Below are positions 39,818-51,275 of a DNA stretch of 64,000 nt, one piece after another. Below the pieces are notes generated by a model. The model had not been told where the DNA came from, did no database searches, and saw only the letters and a list, made by a program, of their open reading frames with translations. This DNA is from Phoronis australis (lineage: Eukaryota > Animalia > Phoronida): contig NMRA01000178.1 of NCBI GenBank assembly GCA_002633005.1, forward strand, positions 255,395-319,394, given 5' to 3'. Position 1 is the first letter of the stretch. Each line of letters begins with the position of its first letter. The position numbers and the translations under genes were made by a program.

Positions 39818-42056
39818 AAGGGCTTGCTTTTATTTTGACATTACATATGCGGGATTAAATTTTTTAGTAATTTTATTCAAAACTACTTCCATTGTTCAGT
39901 GAAATAAAACAGTTCATAGAAAAATGTTTGGTACACTTTGTGTTTTGTTTTGTTTTTTACTAAATTTATTTTGCGCATTGTATGCAACGTTTCAAATTTT
40001 TACATGAACCATAGTTATAAAAGAACACAGATTCAGTTAGGGAATAGTCATAGGCGCATACACGAAAAACACTTGAGTAAACAATTTACTTTGAGAAAAT
40101 GCTTTGTTTTGTGTATACTTGTATGGACATAAATATGCATATGAAAGATGAGAGGAAAACTTTTTGTACTGAAAAAATTGTGATTTTTACAAAGTCCCCC
40201 TCTGGGAGTTTCTGTCTGAATGGATTAATTGCTTTACAACCCTTGGAACAATATTTTAACAAAAAATGAATGCAAAAAACCCATTATTAAAATTGAGATG
40301 AATGACAACCTGTGTTGCATCAGACCACTTTGCAGTGCCAACTGTTGAATCTTGTGTTTTCAGATCAACTTTATTTTATCTCTTAATAATTTACACAATG
40401 CATATACAGTGCAGTTTCAGTGTCCAGATACATGAGTGACTAATCAAAAACTCCATTTTTTTATTGCCCTATTAAGATGGTTAAAAACGAAAATGAATTG
40501 GACCGTTTGCTCTCGCAAAATTATTCTGATAACATTCCTTAAAGGGTTGTATGCTATCAACTTAAGGCACACCCTGTGCGTTCATGCACCACTTTTAAAT
40601 TGATAATTTTGGAGTTGGCCAATCCAATGAACTCGAGCGTTTGCTTGAATCTAGTTGACTTAAGTTGGAAACGGGAATAAAATTCTATCGTTTAAAGACT
40701 ATTATGAGACTCATTTTATCTAAGTAAGAGCAGGAAGAGATAAAAGATAGTTCGATTTTCATTTTTAAACAGTGAAACGCAGCTTTAAGACTACAAAAGC
40801 ATCAATTTACAACCACATTTCTCCGGGCTTTCCTTAAAATTGACGTGCAGGTTCTGGTATCACCCGTAAGGGGTTATAGAGAAGATATAATGTATACTTT
40901 TTCCACATTGTGCTCACGTGACTTCTAACTTTGCTCAACTACTACACTGCATTGTGGGAAGTCTTCCCCACTGTGATGGCCCGTAATTCCACTTAGTGCT
41001 CCATAAACTACTTTCACAAGTTTCTCGTAGATATCCGCTAACCAAAAAGTGACATTTCACAGCAGCACTCAACGACTTCGCTGGGCAACTGATCTGTTCC
41101 TAGGAGGTTTGATAAACCCGCACTAAAACCCAATTACACTGATTCATCGCCTATGCTGTGGACTTTTCCAAGCCATGCCCCCTATAATCGCTGCATTAGG
41201 CGCTGTCTTAAAGACTCCCATAAAAATTCAAGGCTCTGTGAGAGACTGTATTAACATATGACTGAAGTTCATGCTGACTCGTGAATGGCGGGATACAGAC
41301 GACATGGTTTTGACCGTGCCAGTGCAGAAAATACGTTGTGGGCCATATAACCACTGACTTATACCTACCAATTACCAGACCTACCTGTCCATAGTGACAG
41401 AACAATTTACGTGTTCGCTGATCGAGCTATACACAAAGATTTTGTATTTATCTTTCGTATCAAAGTTCCCCACATGATAGTTTTCGACTGATTGAATTTG
41501 CATTGTCCGAATTTTTCATGCGGTTTTAACAATAAAAAGAAATGGAAAAGAACCAATTCTTTCGTTCGGTAATTACATAAAAAGCACCGGCCGTCGCACT
41601 ACGTGGACCAAATGGAGTTCATCGACTGACGGATTCGTCTCCTGCGTATACTTCATTTAACATAAGTTAATTTGGGGGTTTTATTGTAGCTTATTCATCA
41701 TTTCGTGAGGGTGGCGTCAATTGTCGATGAAGACAATGCCGAACAGATTGAAACAAATAACACTTTAACTTTATCAAAACTAGTAAATACTTTAATTGAT
41801 TTAACAATATACCCAGTTTTTTAAACAAAAGTATATGATTGATTGATTGATTTAATACATAACTTTAAAACATAAAAACGTAATTAACTATAACAATAAT
41901 AAAAATAAAAGTGTGCAAAAGTATAGAAATTGTCGCATAGCACTAATCTCTGCCAAGGTTAGTACGACATAAAAATGTCGCTTTGAAATACACATCGTCT
42001 CAATTTGAGACGCAAACTGAACATCGCAGCTATAAAATACTAGCACATTAAATTCC

Positions 42057-45000
42057 CTATGAATGTTCTATTTGTTTACTAACTCTCTGCTCTTCATTTA
42101 AGGGAAATATCTTAGACTGCCGCTTAAACAAGTGTTGAGCGTTCAGAACTAGAACCGCTATGAGCAATACAAAAACGACACCTATTGTTAAGATAACAAC
42201 AGAGAAGACCAGGGGATAGTCTGTATCTGTGTCCATGCTGGCCTCTGTCCTCTGGTCACTTGCGTCCCGGCCCACACTTCGTTTTCCAAATTTCCGCCGC
42301 TGTTCTCTTTCAAGCTCGGCCTCCGCGATCTCTTTGTTCATCATCTCTTCTGTAATTAAATGATACGCCACTAATGAAACATGAACAGTATACATGATAC
42401 CGCAAGTCGACGATGGAATATAGTCTCACACGCGGGCAGGGAAAATGTAGATTGAATGAGCAGGTACCGTTCAACTAACATCTGCTATCAAGAATTTGTA
42501 GCAGAAGACCGAAACTCAGTAGTGTGAATTTCAGCAACCTTCACCATATCGATATTTACATAATTTAATCTAATGCTTTTTGGTTACAATGGCTGTATTA
42601 TCATAATCTTATGTTTTGTTGTATTTTCATAATCATTAGTTTTGTTGCATTTTTGTGATCTTTTTATTTAATGTCTCAATCTGATGATTTTGCAGCACAC
42701 TGCCTGCAATATAATTCCTATACTTTTACATAGTGACCTTCGTGTTCAGGATGCACTGACCGCAATCGAGCCGAATATGGGTATAGTTGACTCTAGACGT
42801 GACGAAGCAAGTAAATATGTAAAATAGATATGTTAGAGACTTGTGCAGATTTTAATGAAGAGCACTATAATAAATCTGAATAAGTATCAGAAACTGATCA
42901 CGACAAAGGTTTATAAATGATAGCTTGATTTTCGTCAACTCAAACCTCAAGCAATGTTCTATGCGTTACAACATTTTGGGAAATAATTACAAAGCAACTT
43001 TTTGACTCAACAACGTGTTGCACAAAACGTAACCAAACATTTCTTGTCAAGTCCGAACACCTGAACAAAAAATTCAATTTTTGCTCACAATCCCTACCGC
43101 AAGATTAGTGCCGAATGTATTGCTTTGAAAAAAAAAAACAAAAACATGTGCGGTAACCGAAGATTGAACTACCTCCTAGTTTGTTTTGTCAATCTATTTA
43201 CTACGCAAGCCAAGGTTTTGTAATTAACTACACCTCGGGCTGCACACCTATGATAACATGGTGGCCGACTTGCCTTTTTTGGCGCACATCGCCTCGTGAC
43301 TAATGCGTTCCCCACTAACACAGCGCATGGCTTCCTCTGAATCGCCCGTGCATCCAATGCACTTTTTACCCTCCTCCGATCGACAGGCCTTCCGTCGGTA
43401 CCTGACTCCGTCACCACATGTGGTAGAACAGTTGGACCACTGACTCCATACTGTGTAATGGCAGGACACTGGAAGCAAAGTACGGCACCTTAAGTACAAT
43501 AAATGTCTCCGTTTTGCAAGGGGGGTGGGGGTCACGAAAACTTCCTGACGACTGGGGAAGGAAAGATTGTGATGTGTACAGGGACTTCAGAGTTTACAGA
43601 CACAATATAAGAGGCAATTTAGTTTTGTAAAGGCCCACCCCCTAGTAACTAATTTTAAGCACCCAACACCCGGAACGACTGCCACTAGTTACGACTGCCA
43701 CTGGGCCGCGTCGTCGGCGATAGTCGTGAAGAAAAAATGTTGAAGTCACGTTACGAGCATAGTGGATGAAACCAGCTAGTAGGCCTATGACTTACGTGTT
43801 CGATGGGACATAATATGCTTGTGTTTCATTTGCCTTTTACAAATGTGTCATACCTTGTCGCACTCGACACATATTGTCGTCCGTTCTACAATATGTATCG
43901 GTTTTCACTGCTTATATTGTCGCGCTCGCCGACAATATGTGTCGAGTGCACTACAGTATGTGTCCGACAATTGGACAACGGACGTCACTTTACAATGGAT
44001 TGTGGCCATGCCGATCACCCACACAAGAGTAAAACAATTCAAAACAAAAAATAAACCCACATTTCGTGACCTGAATAGTATTTAGTTCATTTTGTACCTA
44101 CTCCTGTTCTTTGTTATAACTTTGTAACGCCTATAATATCCATCAATCTCATTTTTTACCAAAATGTTAGTTTAAACATGTAATTTCCAGGTAGCGATTT
44201 TCAGTCCAACACATAGCTTAGGTGACAAATTATCTACTCCATTTTTGGCTCTCATTCTAGTTCTGGTCTTGCGTTTATTCTGGTGAAACAGTGAGAGTGA
44301 GAACTGCAGTTCTCCAATCTATCTCGGATAAAATGTTTGTCATAGGCAGTATTTTTGGCGTCAGTTTTCACGGACATCATAATTTTTACGACAGAAAAAC
44401 GCATTTCTTTTTGGTTTATTGTTGGATGGAATAAAGTCTTTGAAATTATTGGCTTTGACCAGAGCTACAAATCAATGAAACCCGTGTTTTTTAAGTAATT
44501 TCATTGAAAATCGACAATTGCTTTGTTTGTCAAAGATTCACTGATTTTGCCAGTTAATTATCATTTATCGAATCGGAGTTAGCTCCGCCAGCGGAATATT
44601 TGACTGCGATCGCGAGAGTTCCGCGTTAGATTCCGTGCGAGCGGTCATATCAGAGAATCACGTTCCTCGCCCATAATGCCACTTCAATGCCCCACACAGC
44701 GGTAGCGGGGTCAAGCCGACTTCAAACTCGAAATAAATCAAGTTACAGTGGCGGATCTAGGATATCACAAGGGGGGTCCAACATCTTGTCCGGTTGTAAG
44801 CATTTGCGCAAACCACGATTGTAGATGCGCATAGCACCGAATGGGGGGAGGTCGGGAGGGGTGTTTGCCCCCCTCCCGCCCAGAAAATTTTTCTGTTTTT
44901 CTGATTTCTGATGTATTATCCAAGAAAAAAAGAAAAAAAAAACAGGAAAAATTCCTATTTTCACAGGCTCGAACTCTGGACCTGGCTGATAGGGCGCAAG

Positions 45001-46811
45001 TGCTTTGCCACAACATCACCACGATTTCACTAATATTTCTATACTAAGAGACCTACTTGTTTATGGTCCACAGCGTTTGCGCGCGAAACCTACTTCTTTT
45101 TGTTATGCTTATTACACGTTTTATATTTTGTGCAATCGGTTCTTAACAAATTTGTTGTATTTAAAATAGTCTTCAAATGCCCAAAAGACTAAATCCGTTT
45201 TTCGTGTTGGCAATAATGACGGGATTGCTTTGGAAATCGTCTTAAGTTAAGGTTTGACAAAGTTTCTGAGTGATTCACTAAGGCTTCGATTAAAATTCAC
45301 ATCTTACCAGCAGCTTCTGTTTTTTCATCGTCACTCAGGTTCCATTTTCTTTAAAAAATGAAGTAAATTTTCTCCATTGCGCAGTGGAGCAGACGACGGA
45401 AACGGAGTCGTAGTGCGCAGCGCCACTGCCGGTCGCCTGGGATATCGCGGGAGAGCTTATACTTAGCCATAGTCCCGTTACGAATGCGCCGTGTTCCGAA
45501 TTTGACACTTGAAATTGGATCTGAGCCCCCCCCCCAAACACTGAAACTGCACACATTTAAATCTTTTTTCATCCGTATAATTTTAATTACCGGGGCAAAT
45601 TAATAAACTTAACGTTTCCCTACGCTCTTGCTGTTTTAATTTTTTTGCGCCACCCAAGGGGGGGGGGCCCGGGCCCCCTGCCCCCCCTAAATCCACCTAT
45701 GAGTTAGCAGTGGTGTATCTTTCTATTAAATCATCATGAAGTCCGGCGATCTATGGTTTTTAACATGCGTAATAAGAAACGCAAATTCACTTTACTAAAA
45801 ACTGGCAAAACAAAAAGTTCCAGCACAAAACTAGTTCAAAACATTGGTTTTCAGGACTTTAAATTGCCTGTCTTCTGACGTTTCAATTGGTTAGCCTTTA
45901 AAAAAGCTCTCAATGTAGTGTAAAACAATGAAAACATGACTTAAGTTGTGTGCGAGGCGATGCCAATAGAGGATTACAAGGTCTACAAAAATTTGAAAAA
46001 GCAACTTACCAGCAGACGTACGTACACCTGCGCGTTGGGGCTTCTCATGGTTATTGACCTCGTTCGGGTGAATGGTCATCCCGTTGAGAATTTTCAAGAT
46101 GGCGTAAAGTTTATCTTCCATTGCGTTTTGTTCTGCTTTGATATTTTTTACATCGCTCTGTTTGATTTTATTTATCACCTTATTCGCAACATCGTTCGCC
46201 TTTTTATCGTGTTCCTTGATTAATCGCATTCTAAATTTTTCTTGAGGTACTTTTTTGGTTTTGTTCTTTTTGCGTGCTTCTTCCAATCGGTATCTGTCCA
46301 GGTTGCTCATCCCGGTGTCTTTCATCAGCTCATCATCTCGCTCTAATTCCGTCAGAGGTCGGTGTCGTTCTAGCTCATTCTTCCTCTTCAGGTTTTTTCT
46401 TGCAGCATCTTTCCCCATAGCATGCAATTCCTTGTTCGTTAAATTTTTATTCTGGTTGCAATAATACCTTAAACAACTTTTTACATCACTGTCTTTTCCC
46501 TTGCACATCCCTTCTCGTTTAGTGCGCTTGCTGCCATGGTTGCAGACACGTGACCTGATCTCGTGACCAGTACCACACGATGCTGAACACTTTGTCCACT
46601 GCGACCATTCACTCCAACAAGACCCGCCACAGCCAGCCTCCCGCTTTTGAATGTTGACCAAGCCATACACGTCCTGAGCTATGTGCAAGCCGGTATCGCC
46701 ATCTGCTGTTTGGAACATTTCCTCGAGGCTTTCTTTCGATTGATGGTTACACACTTTGCCACAAGCGACAAGAATTAAAAAGAGTGACCACTTTGATGCC
46801 ATGAAGTTCAT
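42057..46811 (-). CDS. Uncharacterised type-I membrane protein with signal peptide and two thrombospondin type-1 repeats, ~429 aa
   Basis: Exons 46811-46010, 43468-43274 and 42349-42057 join in phase 1/1 (1290 nt). Features: hydrophobic N-terminus (KWSLFLILVACG), TSP1 motifs WSEWSQWTKCSASCGTG..R.R.C and WSQWSNCSTTCGDG.R.R, C-terminal TM helix PLVFSVVILTIGVVFVLLIAVLVL, short tail. Intron 2 uses a GC donor. Extra small exons cannot be excluded. Confidence 0.75.
44746..45701. mobile_element. Non-autonomous DNA transposon (hAT-like termini) in intron 1 of the TSP1 gene
   Basis: Left end CAGTGGCGGATCTA; right end TAAATCCACCTATG (imperfect TIR) preceded by a GC-rich GGGGGCCCGGGCCCCC subterminal tract. 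AGTTA directly flanks both ends (44741-44745, 45702-45706). Confidence 0.5.
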
Positions 46812-48895
46812 TTCTTTGTTCTTTTTTAAAAAAATATGAAATTTACAGCAACGGCAGCAATATGCTTCAGTGATATGGTATCGTCTATATCTATGTGGTA
46901 CACCAAATCTACTATACGACAGAACGTGATGTGCAGGAGAAGGTAGTAAACAACGAGTGAGACGATAAGATGCCCTCCTCCACGGTTTGTCAAACAGGTG
47001 GCTAGTGAGAATATAAGGGTCGGGAAAAAGGACATACCTCGAACATTTACAGCAACAGGTGCGTCACAGGTTGTGACGTCATGGTAACGGGAATCATTGT
47101 GGGGGTCTGGCAGCGTGAAAGCAGATAACATTTGACGTGTGGCTGTTACACAATAGAAAACTACTCTGGAATAACTCAACCGTAGTCATACAAGGGGGAA
47201 AGTATGTCAATATCGTTTCCTTTCAACCTACAACTCTGACGGTTGTTTCCTTTTCAGCAAATCCAGTCATATATTTCATATTTAACTCTGGAGTCGCGTT
47301 ATTAAGTCACTAGGGAACCTAATTCTATGTAATTTAAAGCTACACGACGTATTCCAGATATGAAATAGAGGTTCTTAAAAATCCTGATGACATTGTTTAC
47401 GGATCTCTAAACAATTTTGGTTTTCACTGAAGTTGAGTCAAGTTACATGACACCTGTTAATTCCAAAGCGATTATTGTAATATAATATTGGATATCTCAT
47501 AATGTCATATTTATACAGAATAACGTGCGTCCGAATGGAACCTCTAACGGACGTGCATCTTCAAAGAATTTCACCTCCCAAAACGGCAGCTAGTCGCGGT
47601 GACTATCAAACATATTTTGCTTGGGTTGATCAACTCTCAAACTGCGGATTCGAAAATGCCGCATGTGCGCTTTGTGACCTTGCTGGTTCCCTACGTGCCA
47701 AGCCAGCACGCTGGCTACTGACCACCTAGCGGCACGCAGGGAACCAGCCAGTGTCTGTGACTTAAGTGCCGACTCATTCGGCAAAGATTCAAAATGGGAT
47801 GAGTGTGGTAAAACTTTAGGAATTCAACATTGACTGCTAAACGGGGGTAAAATACACATTTCAAAAAGTTTTTCAAAAACTTTAGAGGGTTCGACGCGCT
47901 TTCAATTTAGTTGAATGTTTTTTAATATAGATATTTTGTATTTTGACATTTGGCTACTACAACTATGGAAAAATTGAGGATCGCCGAAGCCGATTTACCG
48001 TGCGCAAAGGCTCATCTGACAGAAAAGTGAAATTTATAGGTTACTAAAAACCTACCGTTAATTGAATTAATGATTGAAATCCTTTTGAGAGCGACTTAAT
48101 TTCGTTGTACGATATAAATTTTATGTTTTAACAGCTTTAATTATATTTCCTGGTTTACCGATTTTCATACTGACCAATGGAGTTTCTATCACACATTATC
48201 GTGGCTTTATTCATTCAGTTCCTCAAGTTGCAATTTTTTAGCTTTTTCAGAATATGAGATTTAGACATAGCAATCTCTTAAAATGTTTCTGTGGTCACAA
48301 ATTCAACTTTCAACCTGAGTTTAGGTTATAAACTGCGCAGAGACTGTTACTTAAAGAACTGTTATCGTTTCTTCACCCTTCACAAATCGGAAGAAGCTCC
48401 AATGCCCAGCTGTTGATCAGATAAAAACCCTTCAACAGCATTTAAATAAATGAAATATGCTTCTGTTTGTCACATTCATGTATTTCTTCGCTTTCTGCTG
48501 AAGTTAGTCCACAGGTTGTAATTGAAACGCACACTATTTCCAGTCCGAATAGATATTAGTGGCATAAGATTGTTTAAAGGTGTGCGTTATCTGCAATCAG
48601 TAATCTGATTTGTTTGTGCAAGTGAAAGCTTTTGTCTATTTGTTCTGTATTTTTACTTTTCAACCTAATACTCAGAGAAACGCTTGAACTGTCCATGTAT
48701 TTTATTTATGCTCATTCACTGATTCGCTGGTTAAAATTCAGTTCACGACAGAAACGTGGTGGCTGTGGGAAATGCATGGATATGCCACGTACGTATTTTA
48801 CACTATCTAAAAAAAAAAAAACAAAAAAAAAACAAAAAAAAAACGAAAAGCGCTCAGCACGGAGCTTGTAAATTAGACCATTAGTTTGGTTCTAG

Positions 48896-49708
48896 TTATT
48901 CATATTCAACAGCAATGCCGCAGCACAACATTCTTCGCCATCGTGGAGCGACACTGTGACCCTTGGAAGAGGGGCTTGTTGGGACTTCGGTAGTGCGGCC
49001 ACTTTTCCTAAAAGACGTCTTCAGTTTCTTGAAGAAACCCTGTTTAACATTTTGTGCATCATTAGCGAAAGCTGAGGTGCTGGTGTTACCCAAAACGTCA
49101 AGGCTGACTGCTTGAGAAGATATCGCATTGTTGGGCAATTCTGTGACACCATATGGTTTGCTGTCATCCTCACGAATGTATACAAAGTCAACTGATTTGT
49201 CGGTGCGAGATTTGGCAGGACAAATTGCAGCCTGAAATAACGACGCGGGACCAGTGGGCTTGACGTTTTCCAGAAGCCGACCGTGAACGCTGTCTGGTTT
49301 GCAATGAATTGGAGATCTAACGATGGTCTCTTCAACATCAGTATCGGTTTTCTCTGCCGGAGTTTTCTCTGGCTTGTTAGCACTGCATGTAGCCGACACT
49401 GGTCCTTTTTTCTCCAGTAACTGGGGCTCTGCGGTTTCACATGCGTCGTTCTGCTCCATTTTTGTCGCCATTTTCGTCTCGCATTCTATGAAATACTCGA
49501 TGGGGGCTGTTTGCTTGTGGGTTATGCGGTTTGCCTCTTTTCGGCTTAACAACTCACGCTGATAGCAACGCAAGTCATTTATATATCCATAGTAGATTTC
49601 CTTCACTCCAATGTCAGGCTCTGCTTCACTGGGGGCAATGGCAGCCTCCAATACATCGGCTAACCATTTTTCATCGACGGTGTTTGTACAATGCCGAAAA
49701 AGTCTCAA
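48896..49708 (-). CDS. Orphan ORF (270 open codons; first ATG at 49471 gives 191 aa), possibly a terminal exon or decaying gene
   Basis: An 813-nt stop-free frame in AT-rich DNA with protein-like composition. The ATG at 49471 has AAAATGGCG context. It ends in the basic/amphipathic GFFKKLKTSFRK and RWRRMLCCG. No domain recognised. Confidence 0.4.
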   Translation of the reverse strand: MRLFRHCTNTVDEKWLADVLEAAIAPSEAEPDIGVKEIYYGYINDLRCYQRELLSRKEANRITHKQTAPIEYFIECETKMATKMEQNDACETAEPQLLEKKGPVSATCSANKPEKTPAEKTDTDVEETIVRSPIHCKPDSVHGRLLENVKPTGPASLFQAAICPAKSRTDKSVDFVYIREDDSKPYGVTELPNNAISSQAVSLDVLGNTSTSAFANDAQNVKQGFFKKLKTSFRKSGRTTEVPTSPSSKGHSVAPRWRRMLCCGIAVEYE

Positions 49709-51275
49709 AATTTGATAACTTTTTGTATGACAGTTACTTGAGACGATTATAACTTTTCAACAGCGACTTGTTCGTTATGAAAATTGGTGTACGTTATTTT
49801 GTCGACCAACAGTTCTTGGGCAGTTTTTAATAACAATTTTCAACCAACTTTAAACTACCTGTTTTTGTTGACAAAGGAAGTTATTACATCCGAAAATTTC
49901 AAATTTCAGTTGATCCATTCTTGTTGTTTTATTTACCGATTTATATTCTTCATTTCATGAAACAATAGTATCCTTGGGAGGATCTGGATCGCCTTATTTA
50001 GTTTCAGATATATTTTCTACCTCATTAAATTGCAAATGAAGAGGCAATTTACAAACAACGCCGCCGGCTCCTTCAGGGCCCGGAACTGATCTAATAAGTG
50101 AAACGAACTCGAAATAATTTTTTGGCAATTTCTCTGCTACTTTTGCGCGAGATAGGTGGTTTAGACTGAGAATACAGTTTACGCATATGAGGGGGGGGGG
50201 GGGGGNNNNNNNNNNNNNNNNNNNNNNNNNNNNNNNNNNNNNNNNNNNNNNNNNNNNNNNNNNNNNNNNNNNNNNNNNNNNNNNNNNNNNNNNNTTGTTC
50301 CTGTGTCCCCCCCCCCGGCCGCCCCCCCAACTCCGATCCTGGATCCGCCCCAGCAGTGGGGACGATCAGAAGCTGAGGACGCCTGTGCCAATACCTGCTG
50401 GTTGCCGCGAAACACAACTGTGTGACAGATGTGCGCACGCCACCCAGTGGCGAAATTGCAAACACACACTTCCGCCAATCATCATTGGCTTTGAAGTGCT
50501 TCGAAAATTTTGAACAAGATGCATTTCACTGTTTGATCATTACAAAAAGTTGGATTGTGGTAGGTTTTGAAGGAACGAGAAAGCTCCCCTGGATTGCTGT
50601 GATACTTCAAAAAATGGTAGTTGGCAATTTTGTCTTCGTAATGAAAATGCTCATCATAGCTTGTTGATGTCAACGAATTGAATCACCACTCACATAGCTG
50701 GCCCGACACTGCTAGCCTTTCGAGAGTGCTGGTACTTCCCATGGGTAACTAGCTGGCGATAACGTTTGAGTACAAACATGTAAAGAAAACTAGAAAGCCC
50801 GACTATAATTCAGATTCTTCCGTTTTTGATGTTCTTTGATCCTTTTCTATTGCAAGTTGAATTAAATCCTATTTCAAGTGCAAACAACATGTTCACAGTC
50901 ACATTTTCTTATGTACAAGTTTTATTTTGGTTTTGTGACCTGTAATTTGCATTTAATGACAAAAAGTGAAAGGGAAATAATTGCAGTAGCATGTATTAAT
51001 TGCTAACGTGTGCTTAGTTAACCCCCACCAGCCATCTACAACTTATTGCTAATCAAGCGCCACCTGGGGGAATCTCAATCAACAATCGTCATTCTGAGGA
51101 AGTCAATCACCCATCATTGACAAAAGTCTTAATGGTGAGGTTATTAACCTTGCTTGTGGTCAGATAGCCCTTTGCTAATACGCTTATGTGTATCTTCTTG
51201 TTGTTGTTTTAGCTTGACGTGCTCCAGCCTTAAGCTCAGTGCCTCCTCTGAACTTCTCGGCTGCAACTCCGTAGC

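Noticed and set aside
45891-46009. Hydrophobic C-terminus of the 306-aa ORF as a TM segment
   Set aside because: It lies beyond a consensus G|GTAAGT donor at 46009, so it is intronic read-through; the real TM helix is in the 42349-42057 exon.
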